DNA of 63,831 nt, the filler included, from Xylographa opegraphella (Eukaryota), in NCBI GenBank assembly GCA_022813865.1. It is 5 parts of 5 records of this genome, joined end to end, with 100 filler letters (N's around TTAATTAATTAA, not from the genome) between each part and the next. Parts side by side here need not be neighbours in the genome. Positions count along the whole stretch, not along the records: positions 1 to 14,851 come from JALDZX010000156.1; 4 more parts are not named here. One strand, given 5' to 3'. A program made the translations under genes and the position numbers. Of the stretch, positions 1 to 12,975 are shown in pieces. A model generated the notes under the pieces. The model was given only the letters and a program-made list of their open reading frames with translations. It had not been told where the DNA came from and searched no databases. The first letter of the stretch is position 1. Each line of letters begins with the position of its first letter.

Positions 1-88
1 TAAAAATAAAAATAAAAATAAAAATAAAAATAAAAATAAAAATAAAAATAAAAATAAATAAATAAAAATAAAAATAAAAATAAAAATA
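1..88. repeat. (TAAAAA)n simple repeat
   Basis: About 14 tandem hexamers read directly at the window start. Confidence 0.95.
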
Positions 89-553
89 AGCACTGCTGAA
101 AGTTGAGTAATTATATATATAATAAAGAATAATGATCTGTAAAGTCGAAAACTTTATTTATATATATATATATATGAAATTTCCTGGTTAAACAGAAGGC
201 CTTTATTAATCGTATATAAAAAAAACTTTCATAAATAATTAAAGCAATTACAACTAAAGTTTATACTTTATAATTACAGCAGAAATTTACGACTTATAAT
301 TACAGTAAATACTCGATATAAAAATAAAAAACCTTCGCCTCGAAAAGGCTATAAATTAATAACAAAATTCTTTAAACTAATATTAATTTCGCATTTTTTA
401 TTACCTTTTTTAAAGGATTATTTATTAAATTCTTGGCGTTATGAAGATTTTTAACGCTGTATCAATTATCATATTTTAATTCGTATTCTAATTAGCGTAT
501 CAAATATTTTATTAAATATTTGCGTTTTTTTATTTATTTTTCGACGTTTTAAA

Positions 554-784
554 TGTAACGGCATGTTACATGGCACCTTAACAATTGATAGACGGAACGG
601 GACTAAAGCGCGTCCGGGACTCAGCCTAGTTCGAAAGCGGTTGGGAGTCTTGGCGTTAGCACTGTTTATTTTAATTTCTACGTGTATTACTAAACTTGCT
701 TCCTTATATTATTCTAGGTTGAAATCGCTCACCTATAGCTGTGGTTCTAGGCCTGCTTTTCTGGTGAGATAGCGAGCTGTAACA
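554..784 (+). mobile_element. Solo LTR, family A (231 bp, gypsy-type TGT.ACGG termini)
   Basis: Starts TGTAACGGC and ends CTGTAACA. Perfect 5-bp TSD TTAAA (549-553, 785-789). Partial near-identical copies at 28917-28978, 43083-43143 and 56841-56910. Strand is nominal. Confidence 0.9.
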
Positions 785-1789
785 TTAAAAATTGATCGAT
801 TTTATATTTTAATAAATCTTTTATTAATAAGAATAATTATTGATTAATCTTCGTTTTATTATATAAAGTCTTTTAGAAGAATAACGCCGGTTTTAAATAA
901 ATGATTAAAATTATCGAATAAATTTTTATATTTTTTAAAAGTTTTAATTTATACGCTAAACGATCGATACGTTTAAATTTTCTAAATAATTTAATAAATA
1001 ATTAATAAAATCTTTTAATATTCGATATTTAATACGTTATATTCCTTATATACGCAATTTAAATGAACGAAATTAAATTTTGATAAATAACGTTTAATTA
1101 TTTTATTATAAACAAAGATAGAAATCGCTAATTTATGAAATATACTAACTTTATTTATTAAACAATATCGAAATAAATTAAATAAAAAAGTTATAAGTAA
1201 TTTCGCCGTTGATCGTTGAGAGTTAAACTTGTCATAAATCAATAACTGTTTTATTGTTAAATATGATGTAATTTTATATAAAGAACGCGAGGTAAAGATT
1301 TTCGAAATAGAAAAAAGCTTGATTAGAAATATATACGTTGTTTTTTTTATTTGAATAAAAAAAGGTAAAATTAGCGATAAAATTACGTATAAAAATAAAA
1401 ATATTAAATGAATATACGATAAATGTGCGAAAACTTGCCATCGTTCTAAAAAATATTTAAATAATTGTAATTAATTTTAATACTAATAAATTCGAAAGAA
1501 TTAAATAATATTAAATAATATTATTAATATATCGACGTTTTAATTGAATTATTTTAACCGCGTGATAGTAACGAACCGTACGAAATATACGAAATAATTC
1601 AAATTTAATATTAATCCTAGAAAATATTTCGAAGTTAACGTATTTTAAAAAGTCGTCAATTTTATTATATATTTACTATTCTACGCAGAGTTTATATTAT
1701 TTTAATTATACTTTTCGAGGAAAACTTATTTTATACTAATAATTCTGTTAATTAAAATTAATATAATACTTTTTACGACCTCGAATTTC

Positions 1790-2034
1790 TGTGAAATACA
1801 AGACTTTGAGCTCGAGGTGCAAAGCGTATTTGATTTATCAAGCTAAAATTAAAGAGAGAAATTCATTATCGCAGATTCTGACTATATACATATTGATCTT
1901 TTTAAATGAAAAGCCACCCCCAGGATGCGCGCAGCCGAAAGTTACGCCCAGAATAAAGGCAGGTAAATAAATAAGCAGATCGACAGGCAAACAAATCGAC
2001 AAGTCGAACGCCACATTAAACCTTGTACTTTACA
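1790..2034. mobile_element. Candidate LTR (245 bp)
   Basis: GC-retaining island with TG...CA ends and 13-bp imperfect terminal inverted repeat (TGTGAAATACAAG / CTTGTACTTTACA). No TSD seen. Confidence 0.5.
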
Positions 2035-3884
2035 GTATTTTTTTATGCTTTCTGGCCTTAAAAAGACGTAAGGTGAATATCAACGAAATATAAAATAATC
2101 GGAATGTAAATATAATATAAAAATTTCGCGAGTATAAATAAAACATGAAACAGCGGGGGTAATACGAACGTAACGTGAATATATTAATAATATATATATA
2201 TAAACGAAATGTAAAAAAACTAATATAATATAAATGCAACGTATATTTACTCGCAGAATATAAATACAAACGAAATATAAATTCATTGAAGCGAAATACG
2301 GTCGAATAATTATGTTTTAAATAACAAATCTGGCGCGAAAGGGTATTTTTTATAAAAAAAAATTATTAACGTCGATACGTTTTGCTTAATGATTTTTATT
2401 AATTTAATAATTATATTTTCATAGTTTTATTATTTGCAAATATATCTCAATTTACGTTTGATATTTTTTGATTATATTATTTTCTTCATTATAAATTTTT
2501 GATGTAATTCGTTTTTATTTATTGATTTTAATAAAAAATAAAATAATCAAAGCACGCGTATTTACCTCCCGCAGTTTAAAAAGTTTTATATAAAAAACGT
2601 TATAAATTTTATATATATTAAAAGGATTTAATTTCTAAATTTATTTTCCGATGCGTTTAGTAATTCGAAATAATTTAAAATATCGATTGTTAATTTTTTT
2701 TAATAAACGTGGTAATTCGAATATTTATATTTCGTAGAAGAATTCAATCGCTTTCTTTAAATTTTATCGAAAAATAATATTTATTGTAGTATTCTGCCCA
2801 AGTTTTTTGTACTGCCTTTATTATATAATTTAATTTTTAATATATTTTTTAATATTTTTCGTATAAACTGTAATATTTATCGATGCGTCGTTAATTTTAA
2901 CGTTCATTATTATTTATAGTCGTTAATAAAATTTTTTCCTCGAAAAAGAGCGATACTGCTGTGAATATATCAATATTATTATTATACGTATAATCCACTA
3001 ATAATAAATAATCGTTTTAATCGTTTTAATTTTAATCAATAAAGACTCGTAAATATTGCTTTATAATTTAATTATGTTTTTGAAATTGTTTATTTAATTA
3101 AAGTAATATATAATTGATAATGTAAATTTGACTTTTAAAGTTCTGGCTAAAGTTTGTTAAAATCGTAATAAAAATAACGTTTTTTCATCGTTTACGATTG
3201 ATTTTAATATTAAACAATATTTAAAAAAAATCCTAATTATTAAATATTTAAATTGGGCCGCGTTTAAATTAATATAATACGAAACGAAATAAACGATTTT
3301 CGTTGATTTATTAATAACGATTGTAATCGAATTATATTTCGATTTAGAGTTTTTATCGACTAAAAATGTAAAGCGTAAAAGTTTTATATAAAAATCGATA
3401 AAAATACTGTTTCAAGAATGATTAAAAATAGATAAAAATTAAAGTTTTTTATTTAATATTATTTAAAATACCTTTGTTTTTTAATATATATCGTATATTT
3501 TTATAAAATTTCGAATCAAATTTTTCAGTTCCAGTTAGTAATAATATCTGCTAATAAAATATAACATTTTGATTGTTTTAAAATATTTCGCTATTTAAAT
3601 ATTGTAGTATTCTTTTAAAACGTGATTTTATAGCGTAAATAAAATATAAACTTTATTTCCTTCGAAGAATAAAAGGCCGTCGCCAACAACAGAATTTAAA
3701 TATATTATCAATATTACGATAACGAAACGAAACGTATTGTTTTTCGATGATAATTATACAATTTAAAACAAAAAAATAATTTATATATTATCGAATATCG
3801 TATTTGAATATTTCCTAGCGTTTTATATTATCGTTAATCTCTATATGAGCTGTAATACTATTTAAACAACCGGAATTTATTCAA

Positions 3885-4003
3885 AATATTCTGGAATATT
3901 CTGGGATATTCCGGAATATTCCGGAATATTACGAATAAATGTGACAAAACCGTTGCAAAACCGTTGTAAAACGGTAACAAAACGGTAATAAAACGGCAAC
4001 AAA
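3885..4003. repeat. Short tandem arrays: palindromic 10-mer AATATTCCGG and 11-mer AAAACCGTTGC/AAAACGGTAAC variants
   Basis: Read directly: about 4 copies of the 10-mer, then about 5 degenerate 11-mers. Confidence 0.75.
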
Positions 4004-4152
4004 TTTATTATAATATCAATAAAATATTAGGATTTTATTATTATAATATCAATAAAATATTAGGATTTTATTATTATTTTTTATTCGATTTATTTCGATT
4101 TTTTCAAGTTTTAAAGTTTTTAAAAATAGTATAATACAGAATTACGTAATAT

Positions 4153-4304
4153 TAAAAATATAAAAATATAAAAATATAAAAATATAAAAATATAAAAATA
4201 TAAAAATATAAAAATATAAAAATATAAAAATATAAAAATATAAAAATATAAAAATATAAAAATATAAAAATATAAAAATATAAAAATATAAAAATATAAA
4301 AATA
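4153..4304. repeat. (AAAAATAT)n octamer repeat
   Basis: About 19 perfect tandem copies. Confidence 0.95.
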
Positions 4305-6099
4305 GTTTTTAAAAAAAATTAATAAACCTTTTAATGTTAATGTTTTTATTATTTTTGAAATACCGTCAAAAAATCACAAGTCCATCTTTTACTGAATTTT
4401 ATTAATTTATATATTATTTTTCATTAATTTATTAATATGTTATTCGTTGTAGCTTAATCGTAAAGCGTTTCATTTATATGCATAAATTAAATATCGATTG
4501 AAAATTTCGCGGGTGGGTGATCTAAAAGAAATGTATATATATATTAATGAATTTAAAATTAATGGCAAAACGAGTATACAGAATGCGTTTAAAAGGCGTA
4601 CAGGGGTCATACAGGGGGTGTTCAGCGGGGGTGCAACGATATCAATTTTATTTTGGTTGTAGGTTGCAGGCCTTTGCAACCAACGATATCGATTGTACAA
4701 TTAATTTTTCGAGGGCGAAGCCCCTAGAAACCGGGGCTGAAACCCCTGAATTCGGGCCTGCAACCAGTGTACACCTGTTGCACACTCGTTATACAACGAT
4801 TCAAAAAGTACGAGGTTCGACCACACAATTGAAGTTGAAAAATTTTTAAAAAAAATTTATAAAAATTTTCGCGTAAGCTAATTCAATATAAATTTCTTTT
4901 TTAATTCAAAATTATATATATAATTTACGCGCCGTAAAAATACGTTAATTAAATGTAATTTTTTAAATACTTATAAAATTACGAAATCGAAATCGACGAG
5001 ATATTTTATTTAGCGCGCTTAACGTCGCAATAAATTTATTATAATATTAAATATACGCAAATTATTATAATGATTATATATTATAATTTATTCGTTTGCG
5101 CCTTTTAAATAATATTTTTAAACTTGAAAAATTATAATAATAACTAAAAATTCGCTATTTTTATGTTATAATTTAATTTAAAAGCGATTAATCTTTTTAG
5201 ATAAAACGCAATAGAGTACCGATAAATTCTTTTTGTTTTTAATCTTTTTTTATAATCGCAAAATCGCTTGCGTCGTAATATATAAAACGCCGCTTTTTTA
5301 AAAAGAAATATTTTAGTAATAACGTAGTTAAAAATATTATTTTTAATTCTTTAAATGCGAGTAGCGCTGTAATAATTATAGCAAAAGAAATAAATATTTT
5401 CTTTTCAATCAAATTGATTATTAATATCGCAATCTTGCTGTAATGAAAAAAATTAAACGTCGGTAAAAATTCATAAAATTTAGGAAAGTTTGAACTTTTT
5501 AAAATATGCCGGCACCGGCCAGTTCGATATTATAATAAATTAAAAGGAATTTATATGTATTTCGAACGTAAAATTATAAATTCTAAAGAATTAGTAAATT
5601 CGACGTTAAATAAATATTTTTAAAAATTTTATATAAAGGTTATTTTTTGCGTAATAAAAATAATACTTCTTTTACGTTCTTCACGTAATCTTTAAAATTG
5701 TTGAAAACTATTAAAATACTGTTTAAATACGCAATTGCCGTTCTATTAATTACTAAACGTAAAATAGTATTAATATATAATTAAAGTATTTTTAAAGCAT
5801 CGTAAAAATCAAAAAATATAATATAATATTCAAATTTTTAATATCGCGTTCGAAACGTCGCTATTTATTCATAATTATATTAAATTCGAATTAAATTAAA
5901 TATTACAATTTAATATAAACGTATAAAACGCTAAGTTTTTAACAGTCTTTTTATTAATTCGGAAATTAATAGAAAAACAAATATTTTTTATCATAATTAT
6001 ATTTTAGCCGCGATAGTATGAGATGAGCGCCTGACTATAATATTTATAATTATGTAATAATATAAAAAAGCTGAATTATAACTATAAAATAAAGATTAA

Positions 6100-8887
6100 G
6101 TTATACAATAGCTCGCTAAAATATGCAAACAAAGGAAAAAAACCTACAAATCAAATTAAAATTCAGAACTCAAAACTCGTAATAAATCTTTTTAATTAAA
6201 AAATTTCAGCGTTTACGCTAAACAAAATTTATATATAAATATAAACACGTTTAAACTATCTTTTTTAAACGACCTTTTTTGCGCTAAAATTAATACGTTC
6301 ATATCCTTTTCTTTTATTGATTTTAAAAGTCTTCGATTAAATATATCGAATATGTATTTTTATGGCTTTATTATAATCGTTAATAAACTTTCGTACTTCG
6401 CTTAAAAAATTATTTATTTATTATATTCTGCCTCGTATTTTTTTTACCTAATTAAATATTTTACGATAAGTTTTCCACGAAATATTCTTTCCCGCTTATT
6501 TAATAGTCGATTTAATTTAAAAAATCTATTTTCGTAATTATTAATATATACCACCGCAGATTAATCGGGAATAAATTTATAATAAAAATCGAATTTTAAA
6601 TTTAGTACAAAATCGAGCTGTACGATCGTAAAAATTAAGTAAATTCTTTAGTTTATAGAAATTCGAGTCAATATATTAATTGTTTCATTTTTTAAAATTT
6701 TGAAAGATTCTGCGTATTTAAAAAAGGGTTTTTATTAAAAACAATAATAAATTTTATAACTATATATCGTAAAGTTATCTCGATCGTTTAATTAATTTTT
6801 TTTAATTCATCCTCGATTTAAAAATAATATACGATAAAATATAGCAATTTTATATTTAAAATTTAAAAAGTTTTTTCTAAATTTTAACAAAAATCTTCTA
6901 ATTTTATTTAAAAATATAACTTTTAAAATAAATTATTCGACGATTGAAAAATATACTAAAAATTTGCTAGCCTAATTCTTTGCCGTATGATTTTTTATAC
7001 TATTATACTAATTTTTATTGAATTTGTAAATTACAGTAAATTAATAGTCGTGTTTCTGTTATAACTTCGACAGAACGAAAATAAAGTTTATTATTACGCA
7101 GTAGTAAAAAATTTCGAGTATTAAAATCAATTAAAATCTTCCCCAAAGTTTACGTCGTTTAATTTAGCTTTTAAAATATAATTAACAATATTTAATATAT
7201 ATTTTAAAATAATTTTCGAGCTAATAAATATAAATAAAATCGTAATTCTTTCGTAAATACGATATTATTTAAAATAATTATAGAAATCGTACGTTATATA
7301 TAATACGTTTTTTATAAAATTTCACGATATATAATCTTTTTCGACTATTATTCAGATTTATTAAATAAAAATATTCGGTATTTTTTTTCCTACGGAAGAA
7401 GTATCGCGTACATATTTAAACTATCGTTTTTACGAATATTTTTAAAAAATTTACGCCAACGAGTATCGTTTCTATATTTAGTAATGAATTTAACTTCGAA
7501 ATTAAATAATATTTTTATTGTAATCGTTTGATAATCATATAAATAATTAAATTCATTATTAAATTTATTATAATCGTTGCGCGTATCGTCGTTATTTAAT
7601 TTAAAAATAATATTTAATACGATATAGAGTCGGCCGGGCCTATATTTAACGATAAATTTAAATCTTTAAAAATATTTTAAAACTTTAACGAGTCGCAGAT
7701 TTAACTTTTCGATATTTATAATTAATAGATTAGTTTAAATCGTAATAGCAATAATCGCAAAGGAATCGATATATACTATCGCGGTTGATTTTTCTACGAC
7801 TTTCAATATATATTAAATCTTTTTAATAAATTAAATTAAATATATTATTTTTCTTTTAATAAATTAATGTTTTTTACGTTAGTTAAGGCTTTATTTAATA
7901 TAATAAATTAAGTGTTAAAATATTTTGATATAAAAAATCAATTTATGACCTTAGCGTTTATTATTCTACGAAATAATTTAATATTAAATAAAATAATAAA
8001 CGTATCTCAATGTCCATCAATATTTTTAACATAATAAACATAAATTTCTATTCCGCGCTCTTATAACGTATTAAAATCATAGAAGAATTATAAAAATAAA
8101 TTAAAAGAAGTTAAAATAAACGAATTGCTAAAAAAAATTTAAAATTTCAAACTTTTTTAATTTAATTAATATCGAATTATGTATTAATGAAAATAACTTC
8201 CTTTTTTTAACGTCGCATGCCAATGGCGTTAAATTTTATAAGATTTTAATTAAATATTTTTTATATTTCTTTAAAAATAACACTAAATAAATATATTTCG
8301 CGACGTAATTACGAAAATATTTAATTATTTCTACATACGTTTCGAGCTTGCGCAATGTAATAAAAGAATTTAAAAAAATAATTATTTTAAATTTATTTTC
8401 TGTAATTACGAGGTCGAAAACATTAATCTTTTAATTTAATAAATTTACGCTTAAAAAATTAAAAAAGATTTATTTAGAGCTAGATGTATATTATACCCGA
8501 GCAGATATAAGAGAATTACGTATAAATAATTTTTTTAATATATCTTAATTTTTTTTAATACGAATAGTAGAAATTAAAATTCTTCATTACGATATACTTT
8601 CCCTTTTTATTATAATTTAGGATTTAATTTAAATAGGGTCAAAAGCCTTTTTATAAATATTATTAATAAATGGAACGAATTATATACCTTGTATAAATAT
8701 ATTATATATTTTTAGCGCTAATTTAAATAGTAATGTTAATATTATAATAATTATTTTTTATCGCGTTTACGTTTTGTATATTAATATTAATTTTTTATTT
8801 ATATAAATATATATTTTTGACAAAGAGTTCGAGTTTTTAATAAAATAAATTATATATTTCTTTGTATTATATAATTTTATAACGTCG
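6100..8887 (-). mobile_element. RIP-degraded Ty3/gypsy chromovirus relic (host of the 8888-14126 insertion; probably resumes after 14127)
   Basis: Minus-strand translation gives YAESFKILK and *RIYLIFTIVQLD near 6610-6720 (integrase GPF region) and YLIR*KKY near 6430-6460 (chromodomain YLVRWKGY with G>A changes). Left boundary approximate. Confidence 0.7.
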
Positions 8888-9237
8888 TGTTACGATTCTG
8901 ATATTCATTAATATAGCTCGATCAAGAATTTAAATTGAATTCGTCAATAAATAAATAAAAAGGCATGGTAATAAATTTATAGTTCTTAAAAATAGTATTT
9001 TTCGTACAGAATTATATTAAAATTTTATATTTATGAGTTAAATTATAATATAATTTTAATACGTTTTTTATAATAAAGGGAATTTTTTACTTTATATAAA
9101 TCCTGTTTGAAATATTCTTATACCTCGAGTACCCCTGATTTTAAATATCAAGGGTATTAAAAATATCGAGTCGAAATATATTTCGAAAATTAATTATTTT
9201 AAGCCTAGCTTACTATATAAAATTTTTAGTTTTAATA
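8888..9237 (-). repeat. 3' LTR of gypsy element
   Basis: Colinear with 13782-14126 and 40908-41260 (e.g. GAGTACCCCTGA shared with 13782-14126; TATCGAGTCGAAATATATTTCGAAAATT). Inner end approximate. Confidence 0.85.
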
Positions 9238-11914
9238 TTAATTTTCTTTTTTAACTTTTAATCCCTAAAATCTTCTATTTTTTATTATAAACAAATTAAA
9301 AATCTTAAGTCATATTCGTCGCCAACAATAAGCGCAAAGAGTTAATAATAGAAAAATACTCGTAATATAATTCTATAATCGTTGCGTAAAAAAATATTTG
9401 TTATATTAAATTTCGCCGAACTTTAATTTATATACTTAATATGTTAAAGTTTATTTTTTCTTTTTTTCTTTTTCTAAGGCCGACTGGCAACAAATTAAAG
9501 AAAAAAAGAATAAATAAAATTTGAACGTATAAAATTTCGAAAAAAGCTGCCCGTTTTCGTAAAATAATTTAAAAAGCTAAAAAAAAAATTTAATTAAATT
9601 TAATTGAAACTAGTTTAGTAAAGGCGTAAGATTATTTTTTTAATAAAAAATATTTAACATCGAGGCCTTGAAAAAGAATAAACGCAGGGAGATTATAAAT
9701 TTTATTAGCGATTTTTTGAGATTTTGTTTTCCAATTTTTTTAAGTTTTTTTTAACGTTTTGGGCCTATTTAATAAAACTTTCGAAAGATTTTTAGCAGTT
9801 TTTAAAATTAATAAGTAATTTTTACGTATTATTTGATTTGAGGTGCCCTTTTTATTTAATTAAATAATTCAACTTTGTTTCTTTAAAATTCTTTTTACTT
9901 CGAATTTCTTTTTTTTATTATAATAAAAGGTTGTTTATAATGAAATACTAAAGTTCGCTGATTTTAACAACAAGATATAAAATCTTAAATACATTTTTGC
10001 TTTTTAAATAAATTAAAAAATTTAATATAACTTACTTTATCAAAAATAATTCGATTTTGATATAATAAAAAAAATTTAATTCCTTTTTCATTCATTAAGA
10101 AATTCTTTATAAAAAATATTTTCTATTATCTTTTTTGAGCTAAAGTTTATTTTGAGCTAAAGTTTATTTTATTATCCTTTTATTTTATAATAATAATTTT
10201 ATTATTATTCTATCGTATTTTTTTCTCAAGCTATCTATACGTATTTTTAAATTTTTCTTTTAATAATATTATTTTTTCGATATTAAATTCTAACCTCGGT
10301 TTTTTAAATATATTTAAATATCGTTTTAAAGTCGCAAAAAATAGCGTAAGACCAATCGTTGCGAATTGTTTATCATTTAAAATTAACTATTTTAATAACA
10401 GTAACAATATTTAATTGTTTTATTTTAAATTATTATAATATTTTAAATATATTTTCAAAATTTGATTTATTTATTAGGCTTATTCGTTAGTTTATAAATA
10501 ATAAATTGTTATCATTTTAAATTTGATTTTCAATTTAAATATTAAAGTCTTTGAGAAATTAGATATAAATAGCTTATTTTTATTTAATAATTATTTCCGT
10601 CGGGAATTCATAATTTCGTATTAATCAATTTAATATTAAAAATGTTAATTGTTTTGCTGTATACATTTCTTTAAAAAGTATTATAAAAAAATAGTTAATA
10701 AATGTATTTATTGTTATTATAATTAAATTGTATCATTATTTTGTAATAAAATCCTCGAATTTTAATAACTTAATAATAAAATCTATCATAATTTATTTTT
10801 ATAGCGTTTTTGGTGCTTTTGCAAATTAAATATTTCTATAAACTATATATTTAATTGACTTTGTTTTTTGGTATACTGCACATTTTTTAACATATATTTT
10901 TATATATTTTTTATACATTTTAATATATTTTTATATATTTTTATATATTTTTATATATTTTTATATATTTTTATATATTTTTGTATATTTTTGTATATTT
11001 CTATATGTTTTTATATATTTTTATTTATTTAAAAAGTCATAATTTCTTTTTATAAATTTAATTATTCGCTGATTTAATTATTCGCTGATTTAATTGTTCG
11101 CTGATTTAATTATTCGCTGATTTATTATAATAATGTTTCATTAGTTTCTTTGCTAATAAATTTATTAAATTTATTTTATAGTTTTTATTTTAAAAGCTAT
11201 AATTTGTCGTACTAAAATTAATATGCTTTAATTATTTAATTTTGGCAAAATTTTATTTATTGGTTCTTTATTTATAAAACGAATTCTTTTGCTAAATATA
11301 GGTTTTTTTTTTCTTAAAATATAAATAATCTTAAATTTATATTATTTTAAAAGTTTAACCTATCGTATTTGCCTTTTGTTAAATACTTTTATCGTAGTAA
11401 ATATAGCAAGTTTTTATAATTCATATATATCGTAAACTTTGAACAGCTTTTGATATATATCTTTTAATTTTATATAAATGTTATTATTACAAATAATTTT
11501 TTATTATAAATATCGTAGTTTGATTCTAATCGCGATATCTATTCTAAATAATATATAACGAAATACTATTTTTCGTTTTTTATTTATAAGAAATATATTT
11601 TAACAATTAAATTCGATACGTCGATTTTTATTCGAGCAGATTCTTTTATTTAAAATATTATTAAAATTAATAATTTTATATAATTTTTTTAAAACATTAA
11701 AGGCTCGTTATTAATTCGATTGCTATTTGAAATTGATATTTTTTCATATTAAATTAGTTAAATGTATGGCCTTTTTAAGTAATCTTTAATAAAAATTTTA
11801 TAAAAATTTGCGAATTTAGAAAATTAAATTTTCTTTTTACTATTGTTGATTAAAGCCATTTAAATATAGCATTTTTTAAATTTATTCTAATTTCGTTTTT
11901 GCTAATTATAAATT

Positions 11915-12106
11915 CTAAAAAATTATTTCGTTCTTACTAAATTTATATTTCTTTGGTTTAAAAAACAATTTTACTTTTTTTAAATATATAAAAACTTTTT
12001 GTATATGTTTTATATATTCTTTTGCTAATTTCAAATAGATAATTATATCGTTTAAATAAAGTACTATAATTAAATTTAAGTACGTTTTTAATACGTTGTT
12101 AATCAA
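11915..12106 (-). pseudogene. Gypsy reverse transcriptase relic
   Basis: INNVLKTYLNLIIVLYLNDIIIY...KLFFKPKKYKF matches the gypsy RT core (YLDDILIY...KPEKCEF) with G>A/C>T changes. Stops on both sides. Confidence 0.9.
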
Positions 12107-12792
12107 TATTTAATACGTTGTTAATCAATATTGAATAAGTAATTAATATATCAAATAATTTAAAAATTATAATTCAATATTTATTATATTCGTATTTATT
12201 TTAAAATATACTTTTTTATTTTAATCAGATTATATCCGTTTTTGAGATTAAATTTAATAAAAAAATAATTTTATTAAATTTGTTTCGTATTTCGCTTGTT
12301 TTTAATAATTAATATCGATTTTTAATAGTAATATTATTTAGTTTTTTATATTAATATAAAATCTCAAACTTCTATTTTTTAAATATAAATATTATAGAAT
12401 ATTTTATCAAGGATTTTAATTTTTATATAAATTTTTTTTAAACTTTCATCAATATATTTACGAAACTCTGGAAGTTCTTTTTTAATATATTATATATATA
12501 AATTTAAATATTACCTTTTTCCCTAGTTCGAGATTAATTCCATAATCCCAAGATTGGTATTTAAATAAGGCATTAAATTTATTCTCTTTTTAAAAAAGTT
12601 ATATTTATATTTTATATCTCTTAGGGATATTAAAAAATACCTTATTTTTTAAATTTAAATCTAAATTGTTTTATTAATCTTTATTAATACGTATCGAGTC
12701 GAATTCTCCAGTAAAATTATTTTTCTTCGTAAATAAAATTTTTATAATTTTAATCGATTTTCGATTTTTTTTATTTATTATCGTTCTTTATC

Positions 12793-12975
12793 TGTGACGA
12801 TTATGACATCAGTCACAAGTGATAGGGGTCGGGCTGGATCAGGACTAGCACCTTGAGTATATAGTCTTGCCCATGGAGCAGCCTCATCGCCTCTCCATCT
12901 TAATCTGGGTTGAAATCGTCCACCTAAAGCTTACGTTCTAGGCGTGCTTGTGTGGTGAGTTGATGAGCCGTAACA
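12793..12975 (+). mobile_element. Short LTR, family B (183 bp), inside gypsy pol
   Basis: TGTGACG...GCCGTAACA. Differs from 45330-45512 at only about 6 positions. Flanks (TTATC/TAAAT) do not form a TSD here. Confidence 0.88.

Noticed and set aside
1..88. (TAAAAA)n at the start and (TTTTTA)n at 14789-14851 as degraded telomeres or TIRs
   Set aside because: RIP of TTAGGG would give TTAAAA, not TAAAAA. Adjacent sequences are not inverted copies, and simple repeats commonly break contigs.
717..730. GGTTGAAATC as a tRNA B-box (SINE or tRNA gene)
   Set aside because: Does not match GTTCRA, and there is no A-box or cloverleaf. TG...CA ends with 5-bp TSDs fit LTRs better.
11063..11123. Short direct-repeat arrays resembling CRISPR
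   Set aside because: Tandem 15-mers without spacers inside a eukaryotic retrotransposon relic; no cas genes.
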